Shown here: piece after piece, positions 34,563-45,300 of the stretch
Position numbering within the stretch: the first letter of the stretch is position 1
Layout: each line of letters begins with the position of its first letter
Source: Candidatus Magasanikiibacteriota bacterium
GTDB taxonomy: Bacteria; Patescibacteriota; Patescibacteriia; Magasanikbacterales; GWA2-37-8
DNA: 64,000 nucleotides
Assembly (NCBI GenBank): GCA_041665405.1
Contig: JBAYIZ010000004.1
Location: 3,958-67,957 of the forward strand
Direction of reading: 5' to 3'
Notes under the pieces: generated by a model
The model's input: only the letters and a program-made list of their open reading frames with translations
Databases searched by the model: none
What the model was told of the DNA's origin: nothing
Position numbers and translations under genes: made by a program

Positions 34563-37046
34563 ATGACTGTAGTCACTTTTTTGAGACGGGTCAGCGCAAT
34601 AACTTTCGCTGTCATGCTTGGAAGTGTTTTGTTTTTTGTACTTATTTTTGGAAAAGGAGCTGTCGCACAAACTGGCTCTGAAGAAAAACCAGAAGAATTG
34701 AATGATATAAAAAAAATCACGGTCTATGCCGGTGTTGAAGTATATTATAAAAATTCCGCTTTTGAAGTAAACGGGGCGGCGAGCGACCCCAAAACCAGTT
34801 TGTCAGATCCTTTGGATATGCGTTGGTCTCAAATTTCCGGTCCAGTGGGCGGCAAGGTGATTTTCAGTCAGGCAAAGTGTACACCATCCAATTGGATGGG
34901 TTTTTGTAAGACGACTATTTCTGCCACAAAGGACGGGGTATATAAAATTCGGTTAAAAGCTACAAATATCAAAAAAAACAGTAGTTATGATGATATTGCT
35001 TTGGTGTGGGATACAAAAGCTCCAATTTTAAAGGAAGTGAAAAAGATTCCAGTTATTGGAAACGATCCTAATCCGATAGTTACTATTAATGTCTCGGTTA
35101 TCAATTCCGTCAAACAAGTTTATAATCGTTTTGGATATATTATCTATGGTGGCGCATGCGCGGGACATGATACCTCAGCCAAACAAGGAAACAATGCGAT
35201 TGAGTTGTTGAAACTAGCTGATGGCACATATAATGATTGTACTATTCAAGTACAGGATATGGCTGGAAATTTAAGTAATATCTTAAAAATTTCTAAATTT
35301 ACCATTGATACTCAGCCACCGGCGTTGCCAGAAATGAATCAACCGGAAGACGATATTACTGATTCATCATACATAATATCAGGCACAAAAGAGGCCGGGA
35401 CTTCCGTTTGGTTGAAAAATAAGGAGATAGTGAAACACAATGATGATACAAGCTGGAAGTATAAAGTTAAATTAAATAGTGGGGAAAATAAATTTAGTAT
35501 ATTTACTGAAGATAAGGCGGATAATAATAGCCACAAGGTTGTTTTTAATGTTGAAAAGCAAAAACCGGTTTGTACCGCGTGGGCATATGGTACATGGGGA
35601 AAGTGTGACGATAATCAACAAATACGAAAAATAGTTTCGGCTTCGCCGTGGAAATGTGCTGGTGGTAAACCGGTGGTGTCTAAAGATTGTAAGGCAGAAA
35701 AAAATAAACCATTGTGTGAATCGTATAATTATTCGGTGTGGAGTAAGTGTATAAACAATAAGCAGGTTAGGACTATTGAATCAACATTGCCGGATAATTG
35801 CCGTGGTGGTGAGTCGCCGGTATTGAGTCAAACATGTGGTAAAGATGTTTGTGACTCCGTCAATTACACTACATGGAGTAATTGTGATAAAACAACTGGT
35901 AAAAAAATACGTAAGGTAGAATCAACCGTGCCAGCGGTTTGTGTTGTGGAAAATCCGGTGTTGAGTACGGATTGTAACGGTTGTGAATCGTACAATTATT
36001 CAATATGGAATATTTGCGCGAATAATTTGCAAACTAGAGCTATTGAATCGACTTTTCCTGCTGATTGTAGTGGTGGTGTTAAACCAGTGTTAAGTCAGGT
36101 GTGTGGTAAGTCAACATGCGATTTTGTCTATTACACCACTTGGAGCGCTTGTGACAAAGCTACCGGCAAACGAACGCGTCAGATTGAATCAACATCACCA
36201 AAAACTTGTGTTCCGGAAAACCCAGAATTATCTAAGGATTGTAATGCCTGTGAATCATACAATTATTCTATGTGGAGCACTTGTGTAAACAATACGCAAA
36301 CGAGAACTGTTGAATCAACATTTCCGTCTGATTGTAGCGGCGGTGTTCAACCAATAAAAAGTCGTGAATGTGGTAAAACCGCTTGCGATTTTACATATTA
36401 CACTACTTGGAGTGCCTGTGATAAAGCCACTGGTCAAAGAACGCGACAAGTAGAGTCAACTGTGCCAACAGTTTGTGTTGTGGAAAATCCTTGGTTAACA
36501 AAGGATTGTAATGCTTGTGAGTCATACAATTATTCTATGTGGAGCGCTTGTGTGAATAATACGCAGAGCCGAACTATTGAATCCACTTTTCCTTCTGATT
36601 GTAGTGGTGGTGCTCAACCATTATTGAGCAGGGAGTGTGGCAAGGAATTCTGTGATTATGTTTATTACACAACATGGAGTAAGTGCGATAAAAATACTGG
36701 TCAAAGAACACGGGCGGTAGAATCAACTTCACCAGCGGTTTGTGTTCCGGAAAATCCTTGGCTGACAAAAGATTGTGATCTATGTGAGTCATATAACTAT
36801 TCGGCATGGAGTGAGTGCGATGGGAGTGGGGTACAACATCGTACTATGGAATCAACATTTCCTGAAGATTGTTATGGAGGAGCCTCACAAACATACACAC
36901 GTACATGTCCGCCTTGTGACTCATGGATATATTCCTCATGGGGCACTTGCGCGAACGGTCAACAGACCAGAACTGTAATGCCAGGGACGGCTCTACCTCT
37001 TAATTGTTGGGGTGGTTCACCGTTGCTTTCACAGTCGTGCTTTTGA
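34563..37046 (+). CDS. Large exported Cys-rich protein with ~10 tandem thrombospondin-type-1-like (WSxC...RTR) repeats
   Basis: 827 aa. It has an N-terminal signal/TM segment. From aa ~330 there are alternating ~45-aa units: CESYNYSxWSxCxNNxQTRTIESTFPxDCSGGxxPxLSxxCGK and CDxVYYTTWSxCDKATGxRTRQVESTxPxVCVxENPxLxKDCNxC. Confidence 0.55.
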   Translation: MTVVTFLRRVSAITFAVMLGSVLFFVLIFGKGAVAQTGSEEKPEELNDIKKITVYAGVEVYYKNSAFEVNGAASDPKTSLSDPLDMRWSQISGPVGGKVIFSQAKCTPSNWMGFCKTTISATKDGVYKIRLKATNIKKNSSYDDIALVWDTKAPILKEVKKIPVIGNDPNPIVTINVSVINSVKQVYNRFGYIIYGGACAGHDTSAKQGNNAIELLKLADGTYNDCTIQVQDMAGNLSNILKISKFTIDTQPPALPEMNQPEDDITDSSYIISGTKEAGTSVWLKNKEIVKHNDDTSWKYKVKLNSGENKFSIFTEDKADNNSHKVVFNVEKQKPVCTAWAYGTWGKCDDNQQIRKIVSASPWKCAGGKPVVSKDCKAEKNKPLCESYNYSVWSKCINNKQVRTIESTLPDNCRGGESPVLSQTCGKDVCDSVNYTTWSNCDKTTGKKIRKVESTVPAVCVVENPVLSTDCNGCESYNYSIWNICANNLQTRAIESTFPADCSGGVKPVLSQVCGKSTCDFVYYTTWSACDKATGKRTRQIESTSPKTCVPENPELSKDCNACESYNYSMWSTCVNNTQTRTVESTFPSDCSGGVQPIKSRECGKTACDFTYYTTWSACDKATGQRTRQVESTVPTVCVVENPWLTKDCNACESYNYSMWSACVNNTQSRTIESTFPSDCSGGAQPLLSRECGKEFCDYVYYTTWSKCDKNTGQRTRAVESTSPAVCVPENPWLTKDCDLCESYNYSAWSECDGSGVQHRTMESTFPEDCYGGASQTYTRTCPPCDSWIYSSWGTCANGQQTRTVMPGTALPLNCWGGSPLLSQSCF

Positions 37047-37107
37047 TTACAATTTTAATTCAAAGGTCGAATATTGACTAAAGTTAAATTTAAATTTATT
37101 AAAATTT

Positions 37108-37503
37108 ATGAATTCAAAAAATAAATTTTTAGCAACAGTAGTTTTATTTTCAGGAGTTCTTTTGTTGGTAGGGGCAGGTTGTGCGCAAAAATCAACTATT
37201 CCAACACCAAAAAATGAAGGCACACCAGCTGTCGCTCCAGCAAAAGAAGAAGCGGCAAAACCGGGGGACGTCGGTAGTATGACAGATGATATTTATGTAA
37301 ATATAGCGGCCGAAATGAATTATGCGCTAGGAAAAGGGGATCTAAAATATTCTGGGGATGAAGGATTTGCGAAATTATTAAAGGACAATGGTGTAACAAA
37401 GGAAAATTTTGATGCCTTTTCAACAGCATTGGAGAAAGATAACGCTCGTTCAGCTAGTTTAGGATTGAAGATTATGGAACGGCTTAAGGAAATTTCAAAG
37501 TAA
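37108..37503 (+). CDS. Small lipoprotein (lipobox LVGAGC), hypothetical
   Basis: 131 aa with a signal peptide and lipobox. Confidence 0.45.
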   Translation: MNSKNKFLATVVLFSGVLLLVGAGCAQKSTIPTPKNEGTPAVAPAKEEAAKPGDVGSMTDDIYVNIAAEMNYALGKGDLKYSGDEGFAKLLKDNGVTKENFDAFSTALEKDNARSASLGLKIMERLKEISK

Positions 37504-37553
37504 CAAATAATAAAAACAGGTGAAAGCGAAATAAATTCGCTTTCACCTGTAAA

Positions 37554-39815
37554 GTGTTTTTGGAATATTTTTTTAGTATGAAATTTAAAGGAATCCAATT
37601 TAAAAATTCTGAACATATTTTTATAATTTTGGCGATTATTTTTTGTGTTTTAATTGTTTGGGGAGCCAGTCGCGCGCAAATCGCGCAAGATGCGATTACT
37701 TTTGTTAAACATTATCGGATACAAGATTGGTCAGACGCCAGAGGTATTTTTCAAACCAAAGATGGTGGATATATTTTTACCGGTCAGGCAAATTCTGATA
37801 AAATGGGGGTGTTGTCGGATATGGACGCTTTTATTTCCAAAGTTGACGCGCAAGGTGATCAACAATGGACCAAACTTTTTCAATCATTTCATTTGGTAAA
37901 AATAGATAAAGGTATCGGTGGGTATGCTAAAAAAGGGGATGAATATGGCCGTGAAATTGTTGAGCTTAATGACGGCAGTTTTTTGATGGCTAGCCAAGGG
38001 GTGGGTTTTGTGGATAGTAAATATTTAAAATCAAAAGAGAAATGGGATGATGTTTTTTTAACTAAATTTGATAAGCTCGGTAATCATCTTTGGACAAAAA
38101 TGATCGGCGATTATTCTACTGATCGCGTTTACAAAGTTTTTGCTACGCAAGATAATGGATTTTTATTTTCCGGTTATTCTACTCAGACCGGTTTTGGCAA
38201 AAAAACAGCGCCAACTTATTTTATTTTGGCTAAATTTGATAAAAATGGAAAAAAAGAGTGGTCAAAAATGGCGGATATGTCCAATGTGGATATTCAACCG
38301 TTGGCCGAAGGTGGTTTTATCGGGATAGGCAGTGTCAAAACCGCTGGTAAAGAAAGTGGCCCCGCAGAAAAATTTGTAGATTCAGCCATACCTGTGGTTA
38401 TTAAATTTAATTCCAATTTTGGAATTGAGTGGTCAAAAAGTTTAGAAATTGTTCCGTTGGAGGAATCAATTTATAAGACGGGTGAGGATGGCCACACCAA
38501 AATGAGTTATAGAACAACGCGAAATGCGGCTGGTAAATTGTTCACTATTTCGCAAACCGCTGATGGCTATATGGCCTTGGGTTTTATGTCTCCGATTTTA
38601 TCCGCTGGTTCTATTTTTTCTACGCCAGCCGGTAAATATTCATTAATGGCTATAAAAATAAATAAGTCCGGTGATTTGCAATGGGCGAAAGCGATAAAAT
38701 TGGGAATACAATATGGCGGGCAATTTAATAATGATGTAAGCGGGACAAAAATAATCAAAACAAATGATAATGGTTTTGTTTTTAAAATTGATTTTTTGCC
38801 ACCTCCTAGAATTGATCAAGAAAATAAGACAGACATAGTTGATGGAAAATCAGATCAATTAAATGCTTTGTGTGAAAGTAAAAATAGAGTTCAGGATTGT
38901 GAAGATGGAAAAATAACCAATGATCCGGAAATTCTTTTGGCATGGGAAGATTATATTAAGACGGCCAAGAGTTTTGATACAACTTTAAATAATGGTATTT
39001 TATTGGTAAAAACAGATGCGGATTTTAACCCACAATGGTCAAAAAAGATTAGTTTGGAAGATTATGTTTATGGTTATGGAATTGCGCCAACTGCAGATGA
39101 TGGTTTGATTATTTCCGGCAGTTACAATACCTCAATTTTAAGTTATAGTACCGGCATGGGGCAGGGTTATTTTGTGGATACTTTGCTTCTTAAATTGGAT
39201 GTTAATGGTAACGCCGCCAATAACCAAGGAATGATTTCCGAATATAATGATTTGTCTATCAAAGATGTCGGACCTTTTCTGGCCTTAAAAGATTTTGCGC
39301 CAGTGGTAAAAAATATCGTTTTAAAAATTGATAAAAAAGTGGTACCAAAAACGCCGGTTTTCAAAACGAAAGTTATAGATATTTACGCCACGGCTGTTAC
39401 CTCGGTGGAGCCAGTTGGTTCTGGTAGTTTACCAAAAGTTTTTCCTGCTCAAATTCCACCAATAACAAAAACTTGGGCGGAAATAAATTTTGCGAGTATG
39501 GCAGATACCGTAGAAATAAAACCAGTTTATAAAACTGCTATTCAAGTTAATCAAGAAATTTTACCTGTCCTTAATCAAATATTTTCCAATGAAGTAAAAT
39601 TAAAACCGGATGTTTTTGGTGGTCTGGAATATGTTTTTGGACGGTTGGTGAATGAGAGTGATAAAACGGCAGTACAAAAATATCTTGAAGGGATTGGATA
39701 TAAAACTTATTTAGCCGAAGGCGACCAACTAGTAATGATGAAAATTGGCAGGACGCTGACCATCACTTTTTCTTTCGCGGATAAGACGCAAGGGACTTTG
39801 TATGTGACTTATTAA
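37554..39815 (+). CDS. Membrane-anchored PQQ/BamB-like beta-propeller repeat protein (paralog A)
   Basis: 753 aa with an N-terminal TM helix. Repeats such as DGGYIFTG...FISKVDAQGDQQWTK, FLTKFDKLGNHLWTK and ILAKFDKNGKKEWSK recur every ~50 aa. A conserved ~90-aa C-terminal domain ending ...LYVTY is shared with 42772..45087. Confidence 0.45.
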   Translation: MFLEYFFSMKFKGIQFKNSEHIFIILAIIFCVLIVWGASRAQIAQDAITFVKHYRIQDWSDARGIFQTKDGGYIFTGQANSDKMGVLSDMDAFISKVDAQGDQQWTKLFQSFHLVKIDKGIGGYAKKGDEYGREIVELNDGSFLMASQGVGFVDSKYLKSKEKWDDVFLTKFDKLGNHLWTKMIGDYSTDRVYKVFATQDNGFLFSGYSTQTGFGKKTAPTYFILAKFDKNGKKEWSKMADMSNVDIQPLAEGGFIGIGSVKTAGKESGPAEKFVDSAIPVVIKFNSNFGIEWSKSLEIVPLEESIYKTGEDGHTKMSYRTTRNAAGKLFTISQTADGYMALGFMSPILSAGSIFSTPAGKYSLMAIKINKSGDLQWAKAIKLGIQYGGQFNNDVSGTKIIKTNDNGFVFKIDFLPPPRIDQENKTDIVDGKSDQLNALCESKNRVQDCEDGKITNDPEILLAWEDYIKTAKSFDTTLNNGILLVKTDADFNPQWSKKISLEDYVYGYGIAPTADDGLIISGSYNTSILSYSTGMGQGYFVDTLLLKLDVNGNAANNQGMISEYNDLSIKDVGPFLALKDFAPVVKNIVLKIDKKVVPKTPVFKTKVIDIYATAVTSVEPVGSGSLPKVFPAQIPPITKTWAEINFASMADTVEIKPVYKTAIQVNQEILPVLNQIFSNEVKLKPDVFGGLEYVFGRLVNESDKTAVQKYLEGIGYKTYLAEGDQLVMMKIGRTLTITFSFADKTQGTLYVTY

Positions 39816-39830
39816 TGAATAATTATTTTT

Positions 39831-40679
39831 ATGGAAAAAAATATAATAACTCATTTACATAAAACTTTTGAAGATTGTGTTCACATAGAAGATGATATTG
39901 AATTTTGGTTAGCAAGGGAATTACAGGTTTTGCTTGGGTATGAGAGGTGGGAGAATTTTGAAAATGCCATAAAAAGGGCAAAAATTGCTTGTACAAATGC
40001 TAAAAATGATGTTTTGGACCATTTTCGTGGCGTCACGAAAATGGTTGATGTTGGTTCTAGAACGACTCGTGAGATAGAGGATATAAAACTCACCCGTTAC
40101 GCGTGCTATCTTATCGCTCAAAATGGCGACCCACGCAAGGATGAAATCGCTTTTGCTATGACATATTTCGCGGTTCAGACCCGTAAACAAGAAATTATAG
40201 AACAGCGATTGGCTCAGTGGGATCGTTTACATGCGCGAGAAAAACTTTCCATATCCGAAAAAGGGCTTTCAGGTATATTATTTGAGCGAGGTGTTGATAA
40301 TGTAGGTTTTGCACGAATTCGCAGTAAGGGCGACGCGGCGTTATTTGGCGGGTATACCACAAGCGAAATGAAAAATAAATTAAGAGTTCCAGTTAGCCGT
40401 CCACTTGCGGATTTTTTGCCAAGTGTAACTATAAAAGCTAAAGATTTGGCGACTGAAATAACCAGCCATAATGTTAAAAAAGATCAATCGCTTAATGGCG
40501 AGCCGATAATCACCGACGAACATATAAAAAATAATCAAAATATGCGTGATATGTTGGTCAAGAGTGGTATCTATCCGGAGTCATTGCCACCGGAGGAAGA
40601 TGTTAAAAAAATGGAACGAAAAATCAAATCCGCGGATAAAAAATTGGTAAAAAATGTTAAGAAGTTAATAAGGGAATAA
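39831..40679 (+). CDS. DinD-like protein (DNA-damage-inducible protein D family)
   Basis: 282 aa. The N-terminal ~110 aa (FEDCVHIEDDIEFWLARELQVLLGYERWENFENAIKRAKIACTNAKNDVLDHFRGVTKMVDVGSRTTREIEDIKLTRYACYLIAQNG) closely follows E. coli DinD as I recall it. Confidence 0.6.
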   Translation: MEKNIITHLHKTFEDCVHIEDDIEFWLARELQVLLGYERWENFENAIKRAKIACTNAKNDVLDHFRGVTKMVDVGSRTTREIEDIKLTRYACYLIAQNGDPRKDEIAFAMTYFAVQTRKQEIIEQRLAQWDRLHAREKLSISEKGLSGILFERGVDNVGFARIRSKGDAALFGGYTTSEMKNKLRVPVSRPLADFLPSVTIKAKDLATEITSHNVKKDQSLNGEPIITDEHIKNNQNMRDMLVKSGIYPESLPPEEDVKKMERKIKSADKKLVKNVKKLIRE

Positions 40680-40749
40680 AAATTAATTAACAAAACAAAT
40701 TGTTTTTGTCACTTAAAAAAATAAAATAAAAAAGAAAAGAAAATAATTT

Positions 40750-42741
40750 ATGAAATCAATTTTCATTGAGAAAGTAAATCATGAAATAAAGAATGATTTT
40801 TCATATTCCTTTGAAACAAACGAAGGAATTTTTCTTATTGAAATAATCGCGAAGGCAAAAAGTTGGTGGCAGAATTTAAAAGGCCTGAAAAGTTTTTTTA
40901 AGGATGATGATATAACTTTGAATTTAAATAATGCTGAAATTTTTACTTCCAACAGCAAGGATAGCGATGTCAGAGCGATCTGGAATGGCAATGAGTTAAA
41001 GGGCTTAACCAAAACAGTATTGGTAGTCGCAAAATTAAAAAAAGGTAAACATTCGTTGATTTTTAAGCCAGATAAAATCCCTATTTTAGAAAGCATTAGA
41101 ATAATAGAAATAGAAGAAATAGATGCCAATAAAATAATTTACATCCCGATTGACAACAATCCACCCGAGAAAGGTGATAGAAGACCGTGGATAAGTTATG
41201 TTTTTCTTAATTTAGCCGTTAAAGAATTGAGCATACTTGCTAAGGCAAATAAGGAAAGTGGGGATGATCAAGATATTAAGTTAATTATTGACGGAAAGGT
41301 GGAAGAGAATGAAGATAAAAGTTCGCATAAAGATTGGTTTTGGTGCGGGAAAGTATTAAAGGGGAATGAAAAGGAATTTAAAAAAGAAATAAACTTAAAA
41401 AGTGGAAAACATTCTATTGAATTATGGGCGGATAAATGTCCATATCTAAAAAAGATTGAGGTAATTGTTTCGGATACTGAGGATAGTAGTAAAGGAGAAA
41501 ATAACGCAGTAATTATTAAACCCTATACTTGCGGAGGCGTGGGTTGTAAGGAAAATTATAATCGGTATGATGAAATAATAGCTGAAGTTGTCGCTTATTG
41601 GAATAATGAATTTTTGAAAGATATTGATCCACCAGACGAACCTTTGAATCCGAACTTAGTGAAAGCAATGATATATCAGGAAAGCAGGATGGGATTTGAT
41701 GAAACGGCTGGAATAAATATAATGCAAGTTGGGAATGAGGGCGATCCATCAATATTAACTTTGAGAGGAGAGTCCCCAGAATATTGGATTCACAATGGAA
41801 AATTAATTCTCTTAAAATATGACGCCAAAGTAGAATCTACAAAAGATAGCGTCAATTGGGGTGTAAGGTGGCTTTATCACAAAGCCCAAGGATCAACAAA
41901 AGATAAAAAAAGATATTGGATACCATGGAGAGATGCTGTAATAAAATATGGACCTCCGGAAGAAGAATACATTGTTAGTGTTTGGAATATTTATAAGAAT
42001 GGGATTAAAAAAGAAAAAAATGGGGCAGTCCGTTTATGGTCAATAATTTTGCTCGCTCTTATAATTTTATTTTGTGGCAAGGGAGAGGCCTATTCGTTTG
42101 ATGTGAAGATGAATGATCAAATTATTAAGGAACAAAATCAAGAAATTGATGGCATTGAATTATCATACAGCAAGGATAAAAAATATTTTTTGGCGCAAAT
42201 AGAGCAGGAAAAAGATTGGTGGGAGAAATTTGGAGTTGGCCGACTTGTTAAAGAAAATATTCATTGGCTTACAATAGATAAACCGTTGGATGGACCATTT
42301 GGTGAGCAGGCTATTTTATCAGCAAAATTTGTTGATTTAAAGGAGTTTGGTAATCCATTGGTAGAGATCTATGGATTAACACACATTGGTCATGGTTTTT
42401 TATATATTTATGAAATTAAAGATGACGAGTTAAATTTATTATTTAAGTCCCCTGCAGTTGACTTCAACCCTGACACCAGATGGGCGCCGGGTAATTACAA
42501 AAAATACGGATATGGAACTTGCGGCGAGATTTTTGTCGGCGGGAAATTAGCGAGCGATTATAAAGATGTAAACAATGACGGTATCTCGGATATAATTTTA
42601 AGCGGTACGCAAGAAATAATTTGTGAAAGCGAAGGTGATTTTGCTGCAATCCATGAGTTTAAGGTAGCTACGATTCCAGTGAAAAGAATTTTTTTGTGGG
42701 ATAATAATGCGCGTGTTTGGAGTGGTGGATCGGCTAATTAA
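40750..42741 (+). CDS. Large protein with a putative lytic-transglycosylase (SLT-like) motif and a C-terminal TM segment
   Basis: 663 aa. It reads NLVKAMIYQESRMGFDETAGINIMQV (the SLT E-S...GLMQ-like catalytic region) and later WGVRWLYHK. A TM helix lies at aa ~440. Domain identity rests on motifs only. Confidence 0.4.
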   Translation: MKSIFIEKVNHEIKNDFSYSFETNEGIFLIEIIAKAKSWWQNLKGLKSFFKDDDITLNLNNAEIFTSNSKDSDVRAIWNGNELKGLTKTVLVVAKLKKGKHSLIFKPDKIPILESIRIIEIEEIDANKIIYIPIDNNPPEKGDRRPWISYVFLNLAVKELSILAKANKESGDDQDIKLIIDGKVEENEDKSSHKDWFWCGKVLKGNEKEFKKEINLKSGKHSIELWADKCPYLKKIEVIVSDTEDSSKGENNAVIIKPYTCGGVGCKENYNRYDEIIAEVVAYWNNEFLKDIDPPDEPLNPNLVKAMIYQESRMGFDETAGINIMQVGNEGDPSILTLRGESPEYWIHNGKLILLKYDAKVESTKDSVNWGVRWLYHKAQGSTKDKKRYWIPWRDAVIKYGPPEEEYIVSVWNIYKNGIKKEKNGAVRLWSIILLALIILFCGKGEAYSFDVKMNDQIIKEQNQEIDGIELSYSKDKKYFLAQIEQEKDWWEKFGVGRLVKENIHWLTIDKPLDGPFGEQAILSAKFVDLKEFGNPLVEIYGLTHIGHGFLYIYEIKDDELNLLFKSPAVDFNPDTRWAPGNYKKYGYGTCGEIFVGGKLASDYKDVNNDGISDIILSGTQEIICESEGDFAAIHEFKVATIPVKRIFLWDNNARVWSGGSAN

Positions 42742-42771
42742 TAATAATATATCAAAAATATTAATAATTCT

Positions 42772-45087
42772 ATGTCAAAAATTAGTTCATTTTTTAAAAA
42801 TAGTTGGCAATTTTTTTTGATTGGTATTTTATTTGTTGGTAGTTTTAGTTCATTTTATTTTTTTTGTAATCAGATTTTGTCTGTTAGTGCCGAACCGAAT
42901 AGTATTATGTTCGCCAACCCAGCGGGGACAATAAATATTCCAAATACCACTTTTCTCAAATCATATCGTCTTTTGGCTTTAACAAAAATCAGCGGCACTT
43001 GGCCGACTAAAGATGGTGGATATATTGTTTCAGGCACTACTGATCCAAATATTATGATGGTGCCACCAGATGGTTTTGTGGCCAAATTGGATAAACAAGG
43101 CAGTGTTTTGTGGATGAAATTTTTGAAAAGTACCAATGCGGCCGGTGTTGGTAATCGGCTTGGTGACGAAGATGTGCAATCAATTATTGAACTGGAAAAT
43201 GGTGGCTATTTGATGGCTTCCAAGGTCTGGGGTTTTATCACGACTGCGGAATCTAGCTCTGGTGGAGAAGTAAATAAAATTTTGCTTACGAGATTAGATA
43301 AAAACGGCAACATGATTTGGAATAAATCATTTACCGCGGCAGTGGAGGACGCAAAAAATTCTTTAGTGGAAACCGAAGATGGTTTTGTGTTTCACGCGAA
43401 CATGATTGATCTCGCACCTTCTAAAAGAGGAGAAGACAGTGCTGTATATATGGATCTGCCTTTCGCCTCGTTGAAGGTTTTGAAATTGGATAAAAATGGA
43501 AATCTTTTGTGGTCAAAAAATATCAAAAATTTTATTGCTCGCGAAAATGCTTCTTATTTTATTGCGACACAGGATGGTGGATATGCTTTGGCCGGAAATA
43601 TAACCGAAACCAATCCGGAAAAAGAACCGCCTTATAATTTTGATACTTATCCGGGTTTGGCAAAGTTTGATAAAGATTTTAATTTTGAATGGGCGAAAAG
43701 CATGGAAGGCATACCTCTGGATATGGCAATGGCCGTTCTTCAAGAGGATGGGAGTTATAAAATGGTTTGGAAAAAATGGCGTCAGGGAGCGATGGTGGCT
43801 CACGGTCTTGTTCAAACAGGGGATAATGGATATTTAATTTTAGGAAATTTTTCCGGATTATCTATGTTGTCTGATAGTTTTAATTTAAAAGCCGGTGTAA
43901 AAAATTGGATGGTAGGATTCAAATTTGATTCTACCGGCAATATGGAATGGGCAAAAAAATTAACTTTTGGTTTTAATGAATTTACTTCGCCGATGCTGAA
44001 ATTTTCCATGTCTATGACGGATGATAATCAAATAATGGTTGTTGGTCCAATTACTTGGGCGCAGGATGATTATCATACGCAAATTATCAATGCCAACACA
44101 CAGCGTGATTTATATTGTGTAAAATATCAAATTAGTGAGGAAAAATGCAAAGGTAATCAAATAGAAAATATTAAGGATAGTGAACAAACAGAACAAGATT
44201 GGGAAAAAGTGCAGACACTATATACATCTGTGCAAGAATCCTTTCGTCCGGGTGTATTTATGATGAAAATGGATGATAAATTAAATACAAGTTGGGCAAA
44301 GATAATTAACCCACAGCGCGCGGTTACGAATTATGTTTTGGAGCCGACGACAGATAGTGGTGCGGTCATCGCAGGTGAATATTCAACCAATGTAGTTAAA
44401 TCGGTTACCTTTGGTGAGAAAAATTATTATAAGGATGGTTTTTTGATGAAGTTAGACGCTAGTGGAAATGTAAAAGATGACAAAAATTGGATCATAGATT
44501 TTAATGGTGGGTTTGTCACGGAATTGATGACACCGTATTCTATTACGAATAATATAGTTGTAAAAGTAGATCCTTTTAAAATTAAATTAACAGCGCGAAA
44601 ACCGGAATTTTCACTTTATAGTAAAACAAAAACTACTATTTACGCACCTTTTAATAAATCTCTCAGCACCCCGTCTCCTACTGCGCCTATAGTGAATGCC
44701 AACAATGCTCCTTTATTAAATTCTATCATTAATTCAACCGCGCCTAGAACTTGGCCGCAAATTAATTATGAAAAAGCAGTTCCAGTTGAGCCAATCAACG
44801 ATAGAAGTCGCACTCTCAACAATGAACTTTTGCCGATTTTGAATCAACTTTATAACAACCAAGTTAAATTAAACGACAACATGGGTGGATCAATGCTTAG
44901 TTATGTTTTTGGTCGGGTTATTACCACAGAAGATATGACAGCAGTAAAAAATTATTTAGTGGGTTTGGGATATAAAACCCAAGACGAAGGACAGTATCAG
45001 TTGACAATATATAAAGTTGGATATTTCTTGAATTTAACTTTTACGGTGAACAATCTTAATAATGCGTCTTTGGATGTGACTTATTAA
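42772..45087 (+). CDS. Membrane-anchored PQQ/BamB-like beta-propeller repeat protein (paralog B)
   Basis: 771 aa. It is clearly homologous to 37554..39815 (KDGGYIVSG, GDEDVQSIIELENGGYLMAS, ILLTRLDKNGNMIWNKS ... C-terminal LDVTY). Confidence 0.45.
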   Translation: MSKISSFFKNSWQFFLIGILFVGSFSSFYFFCNQILSVSAEPNSIMFANPAGTINIPNTTFLKSYRLLALTKISGTWPTKDGGYIVSGTTDPNIMMVPPDGFVAKLDKQGSVLWMKFLKSTNAAGVGNRLGDEDVQSIIELENGGYLMASKVWGFITTAESSSGGEVNKILLTRLDKNGNMIWNKSFTAAVEDAKNSLVETEDGFVFHANMIDLAPSKRGEDSAVYMDLPFASLKVLKLDKNGNLLWSKNIKNFIARENASYFIATQDGGYALAGNITETNPEKEPPYNFDTYPGLAKFDKDFNFEWAKSMEGIPLDMAMAVLQEDGSYKMVWKKWRQGAMVAHGLVQTGDNGYLILGNFSGLSMLSDSFNLKAGVKNWMVGFKFDSTGNMEWAKKLTFGFNEFTSPMLKFSMSMTDDNQIMVVGPITWAQDDYHTQIINANTQRDLYCVKYQISEEKCKGNQIENIKDSEQTEQDWEKVQTLYTSVQESFRPGVFMMKMDDKLNTSWAKIINPQRAVTNYVLEPTTDSGAVIAGEYSTNVVKSVTFGEKNYYKDGFLMKLDASGNVKDDKNWIIDFNGGFVTELMTPYSITNNIVVKVDPFKIKLTARKPEFSLYSKTKTTIYAPFNKSLSTPSPTAPIVNANNAPLLNSIINSTAPRTWPQINYEKAVPVEPINDRSRTLNNELLPILNQLYNNQVKLNDNMGGSMLSYVFGRVITTEDMTAVKNYLVGLGYKTQDEGQYQLTIYKVGYFLNLTFTVNNLNNASLDVTY

Positions 45088-45300
45088 ATTAAATGTAGTT
45101 GCTTCCAAAAGTTATGCACTGCTACTATTTTGGATTTAAAGTATAAAAAGTGTTATAATACATGCTGACCCGTGCCCTTATTAAAAGGATCATGTTAAAT
45201 TTCATTTCAACAATTTTTTTAAATATAATTTTCTTAGGAAGCCAAGATAAATTTTTGGTTTCTTTTATTTTTTATTAATTTCATTAATTTAAATATTAAT

